A stretch of DNA of 64,000 bases from Octopus bimaculoides (GCF_001194135.2 NC_068993.1:54290346-54354345); one strand, 5' to 3'. Counted from the stretch's first letter, positions 50,446 through 62,100 are shown. A program made the numbers and translations. The notes: generated from the sequence alone by a model not told the origin.

Positions 50446-50539
50446 CACACCTTGATAGTTCATCAATTTGTACAGGAAAGTATATCACAAAATGACTAGC
50501 TAGTAGCAACATCGTCAACTGTTACAAGGGTAAATGAAA

Positions 50540-51200
50540 TGCCTTAGAGAAGTAATTACAGAAGTATCGAATTGCTAGACCAGGTCATAAGAATTATGGA
50601 ATGAGTTATAGCTAAATTAATTAGGAAGAAAATTAGCCTGAATCAGATACAGTTTGGTTTTGTGCTGGAGAGAAGTACAAGAGATTCTCTCTTACCAGTA
50701 AGGCAACTTCAAAAGTATTTAGCTAAAATGAAACCGCTGCACTTGGCATTTGTCAATTTGAAGAAAGCCTTCGCTAGGGTCTCTTATTCTCATCAAGTGG
50801 TTCCAGTGGAAGGTAGAGGTAGGCAAATGGCTTGTGAGAGTTAGCAACAAGTATAGAAATGAATGCAGTGTGCAGGTAGAAGTTCACCAAGGCTTGGTTC
50901 TTGGTCGCATCCATAATAACCCCCTCCCCTAAGTTATAACAGAGGAGTTTAAGATCGATTCTCTGTTGAAACTTCTTCATGCTGATGACTTCATTCTTAT
51001 CGCTGAATCTGCTGTAGAATTAGAAAAGAAATTCCATGGGCAGAAGCAAAACCTGGAATCAAAGGGCCTTAAAGTTAATTAAGCAAAAGACCAGAAAACT
51101 GACGCGACTTTATTCCGTTCAGGAAAATGACTTTGTTTTGTATGTAGGAAAGGTATTGGTTGGAATTTCACACAAATGTTGTAGTGGAACCCTAAAGCAT
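50540..51200 (+). mobile_element. Decayed RTE LINE reverse transcriptase region
   Basis: Fragments QFGFVLERSTRDSLLPVRQLQKYLAKMKPLHLAFVNLKKAFARV, VHQG and LLHADDFILIAESAVELEKKF...LESKGLKVN*, separated by frameshifts. Same clade as 16391-17931. Confidence 0.85.
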
Positions 51201-51546
51201 AAAAATTCACATACTACACAATACTGTTAATATGGATTTTATTAAACTTATTGATCTAGATACTTGTAGATACAACTGTGTTTTTACTGGCTCTCTAGTT
51301 AGGTCGTACATTTGACGACATTTGACATTAGAATTCGTGAGGCATTGTAAAGTTTCTTTATCTGACTTCCTCAGATAAACAAACGCGTTACTTTTTTTAT
51401 TGCTTCATCGTTCTGAATAGCAAAGTCCTATAAAGTTAGTTTCTAAGCACGTACTTTCTTTTAGTGATCGCAAATCGTTATGGAATGGATCAAAGTCGTC
51501 AGATTTTTGACTGCAAGAAATCAAGAAAGAAAGAAAGCAGACACCC

Positions 51547-51550
<4 letters not shown>

Positions 51551-51608
<58 letters not shown>
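51551..51608. repeat. (AG)n microsatellite
   Basis: Pure AG run. Confidence 0.97.
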
Positions 51609-51613
<5 letters not shown>

Positions 51614-53073
51614 GTCAGCTTCCATCGATAGAGATGAGAGAGGTGAAGAAAAATCGTCCTCTGACAACCAAGTTATATCTAAACGACACTGTAGTTATTT
51701 TTGCTATCAGCGATGTCTGATGTTAGTCCAGGTAGAATTTACCTGGATCTCATTGTAAATATCATACTATTTTTGTGAGTGTGTATTAAACAATAATATT
51801 GTTTAAACATGGAATATTTCCTAATGTGAAGCTGGATGCATGGCGCCATTCTCTCCACAGAGAGATGAACCACAACTTCCGGTGTAACCTGCTCAATACA
51901 CCATCACATGACCTCTTACACAATTATAGCGCTCTTTCCCTCCTTCATCTTTCTCATTCTTTCTCCTCTATCTTTCGCTTCTCTTCCTCCCCTCCATGTC
52001 TCTCTCACTCTTTCGCTTCTCTTTGTCTCCTCTTCGTTTCACTTCTCTTTGTCATTTCCTTCTCTCCGTCTCTTATCCCTCCTCCCTCTTCTCTCTTTCT
52101 ATTCCGCCAATATTTACCGTAAATCTCTTGTAGCTAAGCTTTCAGATTGTCGATGTTTGACACACGCACACACTCGTATACATACACACACACACACACA
52201 CACACGTGCGCGCGTGCACTCGTACTCAGCATACATTCATATCATCCTAGAACATTCTCGAATATTTTAATTTATATCCATACATATATCCGCAAGCATA
52301 TCTATGTATAAAAACATGTATATTATAGACATTACTTGGATACACATACAGTAGAACTTCAGCTGTCAAACACTCATACATGCTGTAAATGTGTGTATAT
52401 ATATATATATGTATGCACATAAAAACACAGTTACTAACACACACATTATATGTGTGTACATATGAATGTACATGTATTGTGTGTATGCGGGCATGCACGC
52501 ATAATAGTATGTACATATATAAGTAGACCCTTATACCATTTCCAATTAGAAAATGCAGAAGTGATCATTTAAACTAAAAACAAAAATGCATGTATAAAAT
52601 ACAACTTCCGTTCTATTAAGCATGATCATCAATTAGTTCTTTTTCCCCCCTGGAAGTTGCCTGTAAAAGACGTCAAAATGGCACATCGTGTACTAGAAAC
52701 CTGTCTTTCAAGCTAATATGTGAATTGGCAGCTGTAGACAGAAACTGGTTCACAGATCGACAGTATTATATAATACCAGCAGCACTGCAGTTTGATTGAA
52801 TGGAGGAGGAAGAGGAGAATGTGAAAGTCATATTTTACGTTAAGAGATATCTGTGTTTGATTATTTAGATGTGTGGGTGTCATACCTGTGAACATAGACA
52901 TTAATATTAAAATGCTTTGATCATTCTTGTGTAATGAGAACAGATGGATGTAGCATTAAATTACACTTAGATTAACACTGCAGAACAGTTGTATTATAGC
53001 ATTAGTTAACATTGGTTAACACTATAAAATATTTGGACGTGTTATTAGGCAAACCTAGGGTAACACAAAAGAA

Positions 53074-53215
53074 CAGGTATGGGCAACCTTTTTTTGTAAA
53101 GCAGGTTGCATCATTAGCATGGTTTATCATTAGTCAAACTTCACTAAATTCAGAGTAAATTTTCGTTCGGCAGGCCATTTAGAAAGTCCCACATACCGCA
53201 GATTGCTATTGACTA
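53074..53215 (+). mobile_element. Possible degenerate hAT-type MITE
   Basis: The left end caggtatgggcaaccttttt is typical of hAT MER-like termini; the right end is poorly defined. Confidence 0.3.
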
Positions 53216-54489
53216 CTATAGAACAATTTGAGATGTCATAAGAGAACCTAGGTTGACACTATAGTGTAGCTGGACATATTTGTTGACTTAGAATAAATAC
53301 TATAGAAAATTTGTTACTTTTACAAGTGAACTCGGACACTTGTTCCTCCTGTAAGTACAAGTGACCTCTTGTACTTAGCAGAAGGCAGATTTCCCAACTT
53401 TATCCTTGTATTTTGTACCAGATGGTTGATGTACATAAAGTGAAGCCTTTCACTTGATATTTCGCTGTGAATAGGCTTTCATAGCAACGAATGGTGTACT
53501 ACCTAGTTTTTGCTTTTTTTTTTCTCGCTTTTCTAATAGTGATTTGGAAACTTTAACCTTTGTTGTTGTAGTGTGGTTGTTATTGGAAGTAGACTGTCAT
53601 AGAGTTCGGCATTGGTTTTATGCTTCTTCTATATTGTGTTGAGTGTTCGTAGTAATCTTGTATAAATAGTGTTCAATTGATTTTGTAGGGCTTTTGTTTG
53701 TGGCCTTCTCTCTGAGAGGAAATTGTAACTGCCATCCAATATTCCCAATAAGGACACAAAGACCTTACCATCATCTAGGACTTTAGACATAACTTATTTT
53801 GTCCAGCAGGTAGCTCCACTGTCTGTCAGCTCTTTGCTTAGTATTACAACTACCTACCAAACTGTTACGACAGAGTGTCTCCAAAAAGCGTTAGCTATAC
53901 TACCTATATCAGTGTGCTGCGAAGTTTGGTTATATCTCTTGTCTCTTATATTTTTCTTTCTGCATATTTACTTATTGTTATTTCTAAACACAAATATTCC
54001 AGTGTAGAAAATATACGGCCACATTTGTGGTTACACGTCATACCAAACTCTCTGCTTCCACGATCAGAGAGACCTCAAAAACATATTCTGCAATTGAAAC
54101 ATAACAATTTAGACTCCCATCAACAGCATCAGAATATTCTCATCCCACATACATCAAGGAAACTTCATTTCACCTGGACCTTCACCACGCATCAACTACT
54201 CTCAAAGCCTTTATAGATGCTGGGTCTCATTGCTCATATTTGTGACAACTCTCACATGTAGAATAACACTGCCAAAACTTCATCAGAAAGGCTAGGAAAT
54301 TCAAGGTCAGAAAAGAATTCGACATTAATCAGTTGCTAACACTTTAAAATGCACAAATATTATATAACTTGTGATGGTGTCACTAGAAACATCAGAGATC
54401 CAAAAAGGACAAAGGACATTCAATTAATTCCTTCTTCAAGACATAGCAGCCATTAGCACCCAAATATTGTTACTTCTACTTGTGAAAGC

Positions 54490-54807
54490 ACATGGCTTAG
54501 CAGTTAGGGTATTTGGCTCAGGATTGTAAGATCATGAGTTCGATTCTTGGTGGCATATTATATCCTTGAGCAAGACACTTTATTTTATGTTACTTCAGTC
54601 CACTCAGCTGGCAAAAATGAATAGTACTCGTATTTCAAAGGGCCAGCCTTGTCCCATTTTGTGCACGCTGAATCTCCCTAAGAACTATGTTAAGGGTACA
54701 CAAGTCTGTGGAGTATTCTGCCACTGTCACATTAATTTCACAAGCAGGCTGTTCCATTGATTGGATCAACTGGAACCCTCATCGTCGTAACCAATGGAGT
54801 GTCAGTT
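54490..54807 (+). mobile_element. SINE family C, full length
   Basis: catggcttagcagttaggg (A box), gagttcgattc (B box), ccttgagcaagacactttattt (CORE-like), 3' ggatcaactggaaccctcatcgtcgtaacc. Confidence 0.88.
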
Positions 54808-56574
54808 ACTTTCTGCTCCTTTAAACTACTAAGGAGTATTACCCTATCTATCAAGGCTCAAGTGATTCATCTGTTTTCCCTCCACTTTATTATCCCTATT
54901 CTATCTCATTCTTCCAACCCTTCACAAAACACTTTACCCAGTCATTCTTCTCCACTGCTACAAACCTTTGGAATCCATCCCTTTCCAAAGCTTTTCTAAT
55001 GAGTGTTGACTTACAAAAGTTCAAATTGAACATCATCTGCGGAAATCTCACCAACCAGGGATGACTGACAAAGGTCATGAATGGTGCTGCCTCTCTTATT
55101 TCTGTGCATACCATATAAAGGTTCTTAATTATTTATCTACCCTACTTATGTATCAAATCTAGATGAGATTACCGTTGTCTTGTATTACTTCTTATACAGC
55201 CTTGAGAAAATCTCCATTCTACAATCATACACATTTTAATCATCTTTTCATTTCCTTCTCCTCCACTTAGGCCAATCTGCTGAATGCTTAGATTCCTTTA
55301 TGAATATTTCCTTGTGTCTATCAGTTTTTGTAAACTCAGTTCTTTTCACTTTCTCTCTCTCTGACTATATTATGTCATTGGTTGAGAGAGAGAGAGAGAG
55401 AATGCAGTGTTGCAGCAAACATAACTGTGTAAATGTAATGGCCAGCAAATAGAGCAGTTTGATAGGAAATGACAAGGATTGTAGCTGCTGTGGATGTGGG
55501 AGACAAATACACTGTCAATTGGTGAGTGAAAGAAAGGGGGTATAAGTGGGTGAAGAGGAAGATAAAGGTAGAAAGAAGGAGAGAGTCTATAATTGGGGCG
55601 AAGGTGAAGATGAAGATAGAAAGCCATGTAGGGTTGAGAAATAGAAATGGATGCTGAAAACGAAAAGTAGGGTGTAGAAATTGAAGATGGAACAAATGAA
55701 ACAAATAACAAAGAGAGAAATGGGAAATGATGATAGGGAGAAAGAGAGAAAGGCATATTTTAGTGATTTTTTTAACTAAAAATCTCGACTTGGTATAATA
55801 TTCAGAAGGAAAGAAAAGGTTTTAGATATTATAATTTTCATTCTTTGGGGTAATATTTGAAAAGGGATGATTTGTGTTGAAATTTTCTCCTGAATTTTTG
55901 CCAAATTCACAGAACTAAGAGAGAGAAATATGTAAGACAAGGGAAATAACTCCTTAACCACACTACCATGCCTCTGCCTACAGAAAACGAAAAATTTTCT
56001 TTTTAATTAGACACAAGAATGAATTACAGTGTCTCATTTGGTGTATTAACTCCAGTACCTTAGTGGTACTTTAATTTTATGACCTTCGAATTCACCATAG
56101 CTGGATTTGAACCCACAAATTTGAGGTACCAATGTAAATACCAAATCTAGTCTGACTTACTAACAGAAAAGTTTACCTTTTCTCTCACCCCAGGTTCCCT
56201 GGGTAAAAGAGCCCAAAAAAATGATTTTCCATATAATATTGTTTCAGTGTCACTACAATGCATTTTCTGTCTCTCATATTGAAATAAAATGCTAAACAGA
56301 GGGCAACATTGTCCTTACTATTTGTTTTTCTCTTTGCTTTATTGTCCTTATTACTTGTTTTTCTTTTTGCTTTATCGCCAATACTGGTGCTTGTGGTGCC
56401 AGCTGAACCAGCAGTTACTATCTGGTTTTCCAATGCAGAAAATACTGGCCAATAAAGTGACTGCTGGGCTAGTTGTAGCTGTGGCTGGTGGCCGAAATAG
56501 CAGCCGCTGGAGTTCTGAGCGTTATATTAATAATGACAATAACAATGAAATGTAGTTAAATTCAATTGGAATCA

Positions 56575-56580
56575 TTTATT
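56575..56580 (-). promoter_or_regulatory. Candidate polyadenylation signal (AATAAA) for KIDINS220
   Basis: tttatt on the + strand about 185 nt past the stop codon. Other candidates are ATTAAA at 56616-56621 and AATAAA at 56338-56343. No transcript evidence. Confidence 0.3.
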
Positions 56581-56761
56581 TATATTTCCTATGTTTTACA
56601 TTACCCTTTCCCAATTTTAATTAGAAGTTGAAAATAATCAACTTCTGATAGTTCTTTTCCTAATTGCTGTTGCTTTAGCAACAATCTCCAGTTAAAGAGT
56701 TCCACAGGAATTATAAAATACTGTGAATATTATTTGAACTGTGTGATATCACTGGATACAT

Positions 56762-57862
56762 CTATAGCATTTCGTGATCTTCAATATCAGTAACACCCGA
56801 ACCGGATCGTCTTTTTGCGTTTGTATTTTGTACAGATCTTGATTTAGAATCTTGGACAAATTGGATAAAACTAGATTGTTCAGAATGGGATTGTGGTTGC
56901 AAGTCTTGCATGGATATCATTGTAGGGACAGCATTAGGATCTGTAGAGTCTGTATACTCAGCTATCTTCATCACCACAGGACGGTTACATACAAGGTCAG
57001 ATGATACTTCTTTAGAATGGGGTAGTTTTAAACCTGATTCACCAAAAGTATGGGTGTTTAACTGTCCAAGAGAACGACTGGTGGGGATCAATGTGACAGA
57101 AGCAAAAATGTCGTCACTTGAGGCTTGCTGTAGAAGAGGAGCCGAGTCTGTTTGATCAAGAGATTCATCAGTATCTTCTAAGTAGAAACTGCTTGTCACA
57201 GCCAGAGAGTCGGTCTTCAAGTCATCCAGTTCTGTATCGATATCAAGAGCACAGTGTGACAATGGATACTTTGAATCTTGCTGAGTATGGATGGACACCT
57301 CAGATGAAACATCCATTTCATTTTTACTATCATCCATTACAGTCTCTGTAAAATCTTCAATCACTTCCCTTAACATACCACATTCCATGTCCATCTGGGC
57401 ATAAAGACTATTTACACGTTTCGGTTGGATTGGAGACAGGAGACTGCTCGAAGTTTCCTCCTCATATTGCTCTTCTAACGGACATTCTAAAATAGAATCT
57501 GAATCTTGGTTACGTGACAAGAGAGGGTCACTGGGTTTGGATTTCATTTGTGAAAAATGATTGTTCCGGCTTGAAGAAGGAGTTTCTGCAGTGTTTGATC
57601 GATAATTAGGGCTCAAAAGTTGAGCAACTTCCTGATCTCGTAATTCCTGAACCATAGCTCGAAACAATTGCCAGTCTCCGAATCGCATACACATGACACA
57701 TTTGAGTTCATCAAAATCACAGCAGAGAAGGACAAGGCCACTAATGTTGTTAGTTTCTACCAATTTGGAGTAAGCGATGAGGTTTTCTTCTTTAATACCT
57801 TGAATTTTGGAGAGAAGGTTGCAAACATCCTGCACACTGTAACTGCTGATCCTCTTCTGTGA
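56762..57862 (-). CDS. KIDINS220: KIDINS220 last coding exon: SAM-like domain and Ser/acidic low-complexity tail, ending ...DHEML*
   Basis: Acceptor tttctctttgtcag|TCA (phase 0). Encodes SSYSVQDVCNLLSKIQGI...NNISGLVLLCCDFDELKCVMCMRFGDWQLFRAMVQELR, the KIDINS220 SAM-like NI.G.VL..C..DELK..M.M.FGDW.LFR pattern. TAG stop at 56762-56764. Confidence 0.92.
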   Translation of the reverse strand, partial: SQKRISSYSVQDVCNLLSKIQGIKEENLIAYSKLVETNNISGLVLLCCDFDELKCVMCMRFGDWQLFRAMVQELRDQEVAQLLSPNYRSNTAETPSSSRNNHFSQMKSKPSDPLLSRNQDSDSILECPLEEQYEEETSSSLLSPIQPKRVNSLYAQMDMECGMLREVIEDFTETVMDDSKNEMDVSSEVSIHTQQDSKYPLSHCALDIDTELDDLKTDSLAVTSSFYLEDTDESLDQTDSAPLLQQASSDDIFASVTLIPTSRSLGQLNTHTFGESGLKLPHSKEVSSDLVCNRPVVMKIAEYTDSTDPNAVPTMISMQDLQPQSHSEQSSFIQFVQDSKSRSVQNTNAKRRSGSGVTDIEDHEML

Positions 57863-58003
57863 CTGACAAAGAGAAATACAAAACATTTATTAGGACACAG
57901 ACTTACATAAAAAAGATCAACAGTTGTCTATTCAACTTTCTTTTCATTGTAAAATATGATAAATAGGTGTTTTATTATTTGTCATAAGTGGGACATTTCT
58001 GGG

Positions 58004-58045
<42 letters not shown>

Positions 58046-58069
58046 TCTGGGGCAAACACACACACACAT

Positions 58070-58222
58070 GATGGGCTTTGTTCAGCTTCCCTCTATTACA
58101 TCAACTAACATGGCTTTGGTTGGCCTTGAGCTATAGTAGAAGACATCCAAAGCACTGCACAGTGGAACTGAACCCAAGACCTTATGGTTGGAAAGCAAGC
58201 TTCTTACCCACACAGCCACATC
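58070..58222 (-). mobile_element. SINE family B, 5' half, in the last KIDINS220 intron
   Basis: cacagtggaactgaacccaagacc...gcaagcttcttacccacacagccac. Confidence 0.8.
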
Positions 58223-58747
58223 TTCCTCTGGGTTGGTCTAAATGAAATTTTAAGATGGTAGGTTTCAATCTTGCAGTAAACAGATGACAAATAACGCTGT
58301 CATTGTTACACTTGATTTGGATGGAACTCAGCTTTGTAATTCTATAGAAACACTAATTGACTTCAGTTCATTATTCTTATTAAAAATACTAATTAATAAA
58401 ATATAAAGGACCACTGCAGTCCTTTCTATTCAAGGATACACTTAAAGCCTCACTGAAGAGCTTTGAGACCAACCTTGGCATCTGGGAAATGCAATCAGAA
58501 GACCACCCTGTCAGGTGAGGTTGCACCAACAAAATGTGAGCTATGCAAGTCCAGAGCCATCTCGGTGCCTTCAGTCCCAACAGATCACCACTGCCTGACC
58601 TGAGGCAGAGACTTCTGAACACACATTGGATTAATCAGCCATTGCCGGACATATTGCGACCTGTTTTCTTCCATGCAATGTCCTTGGTCATTGTTGACAA
58701 CGATGGATGTTGTTGGTGTTATTATCATTATTTTTTAAAAATTTTTA

Positions 58748-58863
58748 TTGCCCATAGGGGGCTAAACATAGAGAGGACAAACAAAGGGATTAAGTCGATT
58801 ACATCGACCCCAGTGCTTACTGGTACTTATTTAATCGACCCCGAAAGGATGAAAGGCAAAGTC
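58748..58863 (-). mobile_element. SINE family A, 3' part, in the last KIDINS220 intron
   Basis: aagtcgattacatcgaccccagtgcttactggtacttatttaatcgaccccgaaaggatgaaaggcaaagtc. Confidence 0.85.
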
Positions 58864-59049
58864 ATTATTATTATTATTATTCTTTACCAAATACTCATGA
58901 GATATTTCTGACTACATCCTGATTTACCTTCTACTATGGAAATAGAGAAATAGTCTGGTTTCACCCTTTGCTCTGTAACTAGGCTGGTACCACCACCCTC
59001 TAAAACTAACAAATTCTTTGTTATGAATGAAAAAAAATGTTGTTCTAAC

Positions 59050-59369
59050 CTTTGGCAATATTGGTGGAATCGTCAATTGATGTGGTGGTGGTATTGGGTG
59101 CGGACCTACTGGCTGTGATATTAGATATGAACCAGATGAAGTTGTAAACATGGTAGGATGAGATATCGGAACAGGCTGATTACATGGCGCCATGAAACGA
59201 TTTGATGCTGAGGAAGGTAAGACAGTAGGATATAAACCTCGCAGACCAAGGTCTCCATCTCCCCGAGGACCAATTAATGACGGTGCTGGTGAAGGGCCGG
59301 AAGGTATCACAGGATAAATGGAATTATAAGAATATTCAGATCGTTGAAGATCCATATTTTTTTTAGTTT
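59050..59369 (-). CDS. KIDINS220: KIDINS220 proline-rich coding exon (320 nt)
   Basis: Acceptor ttatatttcag|AA (phase 1) gives E-TKKNMDLQRSEYSY...PVGPHPIPPPHQLTIPPILPK. Donor AAG|GTTAGA, phase 0. It occupies the position of the Pro-rich region between the NTPase and SAM domains. Support comes from phase continuity rather than recognisable sequence conservation. Confidence 0.82.
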
Positions 59370-59537
59370 CTGAAATATAAACAAAATATAAAGAGAATAG
59401 TGAAGTGATTTAATGCTCTGAATAATTTAAATATTTTTTTGTAAGCTAATTAGCCGCATATTCTATATGTCTGTATGACAAAATAACTACTACAAGGACT
59501 ACAACAGGTTATATGATAAAGACAGATCAGTACAAAC

Positions 59538-59725
59538 CTCGAATAAGTTTTCTTAAGTAAGGATCTAAATTAATGGTACATGGCAAGAATTTCTTCAGAT
59601 CCCCAACATTCAAAATTGGTTGGTTTCGATTGGAATTAGCAAGAAAAACCTCCAGTTTCCGGACATCTTTGTCAATTTCAAGGAGAGGATCAATGTCACG
59701 GGATGTTGGAATTTTGTTTGCAACT
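59538..59725 (-). CDS. KIDINS220: KIDINS220 coding exon (188 nt)
   Basis: Acceptor ttctgttttcctcag|A (phase 2). Encodes VANKIPTSRDIDPLLEIDKDVRKLEVFL...DLKKFLPCTINLDPYLRKLIR, with the conserved PLLEID and FLPCT.NLDP motifs. Donor CGAG|GTTTGT, phase 1. Confidence 0.93.
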
Positions 59726-60146
59726 CTGAGGAAAACAGAAAACAATATAAGCTAATAAAAAATATAAGCTACTAATTACAAATATTGATCTGGAAGTAAA
59801 TGAGAGAAGAGAGGATAATGAGACACAGGAATTGTAAGATTAAGGTACTGGATTACTCACAAGGGAAGCAGTTCAAACTTCTGGTACATGCTGAATATTA
59901 TTTTAGCAAGTTTAAAGTGATTTCTTTTGTGCTGTAACATTTACCATTTCTGTGATGCGCCCCCCCCCCCCCCACCTCTGCCTTCATGCCCAAAACATGT
60001 GCTTATTTTGCTCAATGATTAACCCAGTGCTGGATGATACAGTTAGTAGATCAGGAGGGGGAAAGTAACAGATAGTTAGATATAGGAGCAGAAGTGAAAG
60101 TAGTGAGCGGTGGACAAAAGAGGAGCAGTTTGATGGGACATAAACT

Positions 60147-60455
60147 GGTACTCTGTCAGTTATGATGAGGGTTCCAGTTGATCAGAGCAATGGAACAGCT
60201 TGCTCATGAAATTAATGTGCAAGGGGTGAGCACTGCAGACATGTGTACCCTTAATGTACTTCTCAAGGAGATTCAGCGCGACACAGAATGTGACAAGGCT
60301 GGCCCCATTGAATTACAGGTACTACTCATTTTTACCAGCTGAGTGGACTGGAGCAATGTGAAATAAAGTGCCTTGCTCAAGGACATAACACATCACTAGG
60401 AATTGAACTCCTGACCATATGATGGTAAGCTTAATAACCTCACCACTAAGCTATG
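60147..60455 (-). mobile_element. SINE family C, full length, intronic
   Basis: Reverse complement of 54490-54807. Confidence 0.85.
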
Positions 60456-60548
60456 TCACTTCACAACGGGAAATGATGCGGCTTAAAATATTTCTTCCTG
60501 TCTTGATACTGTTAATACAGAATTATAGCTTACACATCAATCACTTAC

Positions 60549-60711
60549 TTTTTGTAAATAGAAATCAAAGTGGTTGAGTCATCCATGTTTTCTGTATCTT
60601 CAAACTCTAGAATTACCCATGAGGCATGATAAGGCCACTGTTCCACCAAATTGATCCATGCGGCAAGGCGGTACCAACTAAATTCTATACCATATGCTCG
60701 GAGAAGACGTC
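60549..60711 (-). CDS. KIDINS220: KIDINS220 coding exon (163 nt), not in the supplied ORF track
   Basis: Acceptor cttctcttccaatacag|GA (phase 1). Manual translation gives GRLLRAYGIEFSWYRLAAWINLVEQWPYHASWVILEFEDTENMDDSTTLISIYK-K, matching the conserved RLLRA..FNW.RLASWINL.EQWPY segment. Donor AA|GTAAGT, phase 2; both phases fit the neighbouring exons. Confidence 0.93.
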
Positions 60712-61265
60712 CTGTATTGGAAGAGAAGAAAGTTCATTATTTCAGTTCTTTAGGAACAGTTGGAAACCAATAGAAGATGATTGTAGTTAATGTGGTTAAG
60801 GTGTAACGGTTATTTATGTGCCATTGTTAATGCATTGCAGATGCCGTTGCCAATGTGTTGTTTAATGTTACTAAGGTGTTGTTAAATGTGTCACCATTGT
60901 TTCTGAGACTGTTGCTAGTGTTGTCATGCTTCCTGAAATTCACCAACAATACACCTGATGCCCTTTTCCTTTTAAATGACTGATGCATTACTTACCTCCA
61001 GTGCACATTCTACCTATTGTCCATGCTCTTTTGGCTACTTTTTCTAATGAGTGGTAGTGCACCTGAACACTGTACACAATAAGTTTATTATTATTATTTT
61101 TATGTTGTTGTTGATTATGTTACTGTCCAGCTGATTGAGCAACTGGAACATTCATATGTAGAAATCGACATAAAGAGTTCATTATATACACATGTCTATG
61201 TATGGACACGCATACACACTACGTATTTATCCATCTGTATAAATACATGTATACAGACCTAAGCA

Positions 61266-61417
61266 AAGCATAGCTGTGCAGTAAGTTTGCTTCCCATCTA
61301 CATGGTTCTGGGTTCAGTTCCACTGTGTGGTACCTTGGGGAAGTGTCTTCTATATCTTTGTGCTGACCAAAGCCTTGTGAGTGCATTTGGTAGACAGAAA
61401 TTGAAAGAACCCATTAT
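61266..61417 (+). mobile_element. SINE family B, 5' half, intronic
   Basis: gcatagctgtgcagtaag...tgggttcagttccactgtgtggtaccttgggg...ccaaagccttgtgagtgcatttggtagac. Confidence 0.82.
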
Positions 61418-61699
61418 ACACACTGGACTGAGATCCCCTTTGACAGACCCCTGATATTTAAAATAAAGTGTTAACACTTATAATATGCAAATTAGTATCC
61501 CCAGTTTTCTGCAGTTACTGTAATTGTTGAGCATATAAACAGATTGGCTGCTTGTTTCTCTGGGATTAGTGAAATTGATGTGGACGACTCTGATGAGAGT
61601 TCAATAAGATTCAAAAATCGTTTAAGGTTGTTCATAATTTTTTCCATCTACAGAGAAACAGCTTAATTAGCCCTACTTACAAAAGTACTATATAGGTCA

Positions 61700-61940
61700 C
61701 ACACACACACACACTAAAGTCACCCGACAGTACATCAAACTTCCATAAATACTATCTGTAATTCTGTATTGACTTGAATGGGAAAATGTGTCGCACAAGG
61801 ACTTCAGTTTGACCAATTTTCATGATGTTTCATATTTAGATGCTTTTATTAAATTCATTCAGTTGTTAATCATAAATAAATCTTGGAATTAAATGGTTTT
61901 GATTTACTGTCAACTGACTTTTGGCCAACCCCATGTGTGT
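61700..61940. mobile_element. Tc1/mariner-like MITE, intronic
   Basis: Inverted pair aaagtcacccgacagtacatcaaac (61716-61740) / gttttgatttactgtcaactgacttt (61896-61921), with TA-rich flanks. Confidence 0.55.
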
Positions 61941-61964
61941 ATATATATATATATATATGGGGTG

Positions 61965-62100
61965 GGGCACTAATGGTTAGAGTGTCGTACTCACAATCAT
62001 TAGATCGTGGTTTCAATTCCCAGACTGGCAGTGTGATGTGTCCTTGTGCAAGACACTTCATTTCATATTGTTCCAGTCCACTTGACCGTAAATGAGTAAC
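61965..62100 (+). mobile_element. SINE family C head, intronic
   Basis: gcactaatggttagagtg...ggtttcaattccc...tgtccttgtgcaagacacttcatttcatattgttccagtccact. Confidence 0.8.

Noticed and set aside
53360-54230. Possible Penelope or CR1 coding remnant
   Set aside because: I could not recover a convincing motif series in any frame.
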